A stretch of DNA of 64,000 bases from an uncultured Gammaproteobacteria bacterium (GTDB lineage Bacteria; Patescibacteriota; Microgenomatia; UBA8517): NCBI GenBank assembly GCA_964600575.1, contig CAZRJH010000002.1:53627-117626 (forward strand), written 5' to 3'. The notes under the pieces were generated by a model. It saw only the letters and a program-made list of their open reading frames with translations, did not search any database and had not been told where the DNA came from. Position 1 is the first letter of the stretch; each line of letters opens with the position of its first letter. Position numbers and translations under genes: made by a program. This document shows positions 60,858 through 64,000 of this stretch, piece by piece.

Positions 60858-61517
60858 ATGGCACTAGGCTGGAGAGGATCATACGTAAGATACAGAAGTT
60901 TCTTTTTGAATATTTTTGAACTATACAAAAAGAAAGCTGATTTGAGAGCGTTTCTGGAAGTAATGCTATCTCTTACTACCGTAATTGTTTTTATTTCGTT
61001 TGCTCTAAAACCCACAGTTTTAACTATAATAAGTCTTACAAAAGAAATAGCGGAAAAGAAAAAAATAGTAGCGGATTTGACACTTAAAGTTAACAACTTG
61101 GAAGTTGCTAGTAATCTTCTCAACCAGAATGCCGATGTTATTCCGGATATTAACATCGCAGTTTCAACAAAACCCAGTCCTGATGTAATTTCTAAACAAA
61201 TTCAGGGGGTAGCCGCAAGAAATTCTGTTTCTCTTTTAGGGCTCTCGGTAGGACAAGTAACACTCGCTGGAAAAGAAACAGCGGCCACCAAAAAAAATCC
61301 CGACTTAAAACCCATGGGCTCTAGCGGTGAAATGCCTATATCGATCAGCATAAAAGGAAACTTTGCTTCGATAATGGCTTTTGCTAAAAACATTGAAGAA
61401 TCAAGGGTGGCTGTTAAGATTGATTCGCTCGGAATAAACTCATCAAGCACAGAGGTGGGGCAAGTTATGGTTGCAGTAGTATCAGGAAGAGTGCCTTTTA
61501 CATCACAAACTAAATGA
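60858..61517 (+). CDS. pilO: PilO-like pilus assembly protein
   Basis: TM helix plus coiled-coil plus C-terminal domain, located downstream of the pilN-like gene. Confidence 0.4.
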   Translation: MALGWRGSYVRYRSFFLNIFELYKKKADLRAFLEVMLSLTTVIVFISFALKPTVLTIISLTKEIAEKKKIVADLTLKVNNLEVASNLLNQNADVIPDINIAVSTKPSPDVISKQIQGVAARNSVSLLGLSVGQVTLAGKETAATKKNPDLKPMGSSGEMPISISIKGNFASIMAFAKNIEESRVAVKIDSLGINSSSTEVGQVMVAVVSGRVPFTSQTK

Positions 61518-61858
61518 AAAAAATTAAATTACCAAATGCTGTTGCGATACTTGTTCTAACATTAATTACGGTAGTTATGTGGGTTTCGTTTAGTATCTAT
61601 AATGCCTTTGATAAAAAGCCCAGCTTTCAAGTCCCGAGTGAAGTTTCTAAACCGCTTACACCTACGCTTGATATAGAAACAATAAACTTAATTGAGTCTA
61701 GAGATTTTGTAGACGATTCACAAATACCACAAAACATAGTTACAGGGCCCATTCCTTTGGGTGGTAGTGAAAAATCTGTCGCAACCCCCGTACCCGAAAC
61801 AACAACTCTACCACCAGAAGGATCTGCCCCAGATACGGGAGGAGCAACCGTTCCTTAA
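61514..61858 (+). CDS. Membrane-anchored Pro/Thr-rich small protein (PilP-like position)
   Basis: N-terminal TM helix and a disordered P/T-rich C-terminus. Overlaps the pilO-like gene by 4 nt. Confidence 0.35.
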   Translation: MKKIKLPNAVAILVLTLITVVMWVSFSIYNAFDKKPSFQVPSEVSKPLTPTLDIETINLIESRDFVDDSQIPQNIVTGPIPLGGSEKSVATPVPETTTLPPEGSAPDTGGATVP

Positions 61859-61863
61859 GAAAC

Positions 61864-63204
61864 ATGATTAAGCAAAAAAACATTCCAACACTTTTAGGTA
61901 TAGCTATGCTGGTTGTTGGTACTTTTGCAGGGGTGTTTTTCTTGGGAATGAAGCAAGTATTTAGAATTGGGGCTGATACCTCGGTACAACCTACTGACAT
62001 TAGAGTAAGTAACGTTACCGATAATTCAACAACTGTCTCCTGGACGACAGACAAACCAAGTGCGGATTTTTTAATTTGGGGAGAGTCTGAGGGTTCTGCA
62101 AGCAGGATCGAAAAAGAAGGTGACGGAGTGCAGAAATATTCTACACATTCGATAACATTGTCGGGATTAAAACCTAATACCAAATACTTTTATAAAATTA
62201 ATTCGGACGGAGAAACTTTTGACAACAAAGGTATACCGTGGGAATTTTCAACAGGAAATTCGCTTTCTATAACAGGAAACAGCTCTTTGATTTCAGGTTC
62301 TATCCTAACCGCATCTGGCACCCCTGTGTCTCGAGCTTTGGTCTATGCAAACATAAACGGCTATCTTTTATCCACCATGACTTCGGATACTGGGGTCTTC
62401 GTTTTTCAATTATCAGCCGCAAGAAATCAAGATTTAAGCGATTATCAACAAATAAACGATGGCCAAACACTCGTCCAAATTTCGGTAGTAGCAGGACTTG
62501 ACGGAAACTCATCGGCACAAATCTTTCCTCAGTCTGCAAAACCCATGCCCCCCATTATTTTGAATCAAGTTTATGACTTTAGAAATTTGCCGCCTTCTCC
62601 TGACTCTCAAAATCCCTCTGCAATAATAAATTTACCAGGAAACAACACCAGAGAATCTAAATTTTCTCTACCTGTGGTTACTGGAACACCAACCCCAACG
62701 AGCGTCATTTTAGAAAGCCTTAAAGAGGGCGAAATAGTAACGAGCGACAAACCAGCTTTTTTTGGCAGAGGCCCGGGCGGCGAAAAAATAACCATTACCG
62801 TGCAATCAAATACAATAACCGACACGATAACAATTGAGAGCAACGGCACTTGGACATGGTCTCCTCCTTCTAACCTTGAATCGGGTGCGCATTCTATTAC
62901 TATTTCTTGGATAGACGGAAGCGGTATAACGAGGAATCTAACCAGATCGTTTGTTGTTCAAGCGGGAGAAGTTCCGTCGTTCGAAGCTACACCATCTCAA
63001 ACACTTGAGCCGTCGACAACACCTACACCAAGTGGAACTCCCGCGGCAACACCAATACCCACACCCACCCCAGTACCGACCCCGATAGCAACACCTGCTC
63101 CTGTTCCTGTGACAGGAAGCCTTCTACCTACTATATTAATGTTTGCACTTGGAACTCTAATAACAATTTTTGGACTAACTGTCTGGAGATATTCTGATAA
63201 TTGA
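61864..63204 (+). CDS. Cell-surface protein with a fibronectin-III domain, a CarboxypepD_reg-like domain, a Pro/Thr linker and a C-terminal membrane anchor
   Basis: FN3/PAP-N-like block IRVSNVTDNSTTVSWTT…YFYKI and a CarboxypepD_reg-like block ISGSILTASGTPVSRALVYANINGYL…TDTGVFVF. The C-terminus is PVTGS + hydrophobic helix + RYSDN. Confidence 0.5.
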   Translation: MIKQKNIPTLLGIAMLVVGTFAGVFFLGMKQVFRIGADTSVQPTDIRVSNVTDNSTTVSWTTDKPSADFLIWGESEGSASRIEKEGDGVQKYSTHSITLSGLKPNTKYFYKINSDGETFDNKGIPWEFSTGNSLSITGNSSLISGSILTASGTPVSRALVYANINGYLLSTMTSDTGVFVFQLSAARNQDLSDYQQINDGQTLVQISVVAGLDGNSSAQIFPQSAKPMPPIILNQVYDFRNLPPSPDSQNPSAIINLPGNNTRESKFSLPVVTGTPTPTSVILESLKEGEIVTSDKPAFFGRGPGGEKITITVQSNTITDTITIESNGTWTWSPPSNLESGAHSITISWIDGSGITRNLTRSFVVQAGEVPSFEATPSQTLEPSTTPTPSGTPAATPIPTPTPVPTPIATPAPVPVTGSLLPTILMFALGTLITIFGLTVWRYSDN

Positions 63205-63288
63205 ATATAAACAACTTGTAGATTTTTTATTTTCATACCATTAGAATGAATTTGTGTATTATTTGTTGTAGTATGTTATTAAAACAAA

Positions 63289-64000
63289 ATGCCTGACCCA
63301 AATCAAAATAATAATCAAAATAGTTCAGGGGTAAACCCTCCTTTACCTTTTGGTGACACACCACCACTCCCTCCAGATTTTCAGAACGCCGAACAAGCAT
63401 CGGCTCAACCCGCCCCTCAGGTTTCTCAGAGTAGTACTCCGGCTATAACGGCACCCGCGGCGGACGTCTCTGCACCGCAGCAAACTAATAGCGGGTCTGC
63501 AGCACCCAACGATTTACCACCCTTAGTTACACCTCCAAAAAAGAAATTCGGCGGAGGCAGAATCATTGCAACTATATTGGGTTTATTTCTTTTAGTCGGC
63601 GGCATAGGAGCAGGTATAGTTTTAACCAGCCAACAACAACTTTTCGAGCAAAAAGCAAGTACGGGTGTAACGTACTGTACACCGGAGAATGCAGTTAACG
63701 GATACTGCACTCCTCCACCTAATGGTGGAAGAGGCTGCCTTGATACAGGCTGTAGTTCTACCCAATACTGTCACTGCCAAGGCGGTCAACCGTGTAATTA
63801 CGGTGTTTGTGTACCAAAAGATTATTTCGAAACAGCATGTAGGGGTGATGGGAGAGAAGTATGTAACAACTCCGAAAACCCACAAGCAAAAACATGTTGT
63901 GCGGCAGGGTATGTTTGTGGAGGTTCTGGAGGGTGTGTGCCTGGCAATCGTTCGAATCCACCAGGAAGCGGTACACCTCGCCCAACAGGAACACCTCCCA
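63289..64000 (+). CDS. Cys-rich membrane-anchored protein (partial, continues past the window end)
   Basis: The ORF is open from the ATG at 63289 to the window edge: a P/Q/S-rich N-terminus, a TM helix (IIATILGLFLLVGGIGAGIVL) and an extracellular region with many spaced Cys residues. Confidence 0.45.
   Translation, partial: MPDPNQNNNQNSSGVNPPLPFGDTPPLPPDFQNAEQASAQPAPQVSQSSTPAITAPAADVSAPQQTNSGSAAPNDLPPLVTPPKKKFGGGRIIATILGLFLLVGGIGAGIVLTSQQQLFEQKASTGVTYCTPENAVNGYCTPPPNGGRGCLDTGCSSTQYCHCQGGQPCNYGVCVPKDYFETACRGDGREVCNNSENPQAKTCCAAGYVCGGSGGCVPGNRSNPPGSGTPRPTGTPP

Overview
This is a low-GC (~40%) bacterial chromosomal window, apparently read in the standard genetic code. Its first half is the translation/transcription super-operon, all on the minus strand: secY (partial), the spc and S10 ribosomal-protein operons, tuf, fusA, rpsG, rpsL, rpoC and rpoB. 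Downstream are housekeeping genes (mltG, ruvX, sortase, alaS, ftsK, RNase J, a family-4 UDG, a Lon-like AAA+ module, pnp, rpsO, infB, nusA), a heat-shock operon (hrcA-grpE-dnaK, with dnaJ nearby) carrying a near-consensus CIRCE operator, murJ, rpsT and a pilN/pilO-like cluster with surface proteins. The gene content suggests a reduced CPR/Patescibacteria-like genome: no rpmD, short IF2/AlaRS/HrcA, no rbfA/truB after infB, a degenerate DHH protein, sortase plus type-IV-pilus genes. This lineage call is an inference. Most noteworthy are four independent insertions of non-ribosomal genes at junctions that are contiguous in essentially all bacteria: rplO|secY, rpsJ|rplC, rpsG|fusA and fusA|tuf. 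The rplO|secY insert is a six-gene block (TIR-like, cupin-like, HAD, APH-family kinase, membrane protein, GNAT). The rpsJ|rplC insert contains a 142-aa ORF translationally coupled to S10, a higher-GC 123-aa ORF with its own strong terminator, a perfect 15-bp inverted repeat and a leader hairpin plus promoter in front of rplC. Other oddities are a Lon AAA+ core lacking both the N-domain and the protease domain, an RGG-repeat tail on PNPase, an FtsA/PilM-like degenerate actin-fold domain fused to a membrane ectodomain protein, and a second higher-GC orphan ORF (29666-30343) with a strong terminator. I found no CRISPR array, tRNA, rRNA or obvious transposase. All coordinates for non-ORF elements were anchored by counting from ORF-track boundaries and should be treated as +/- a few nt.
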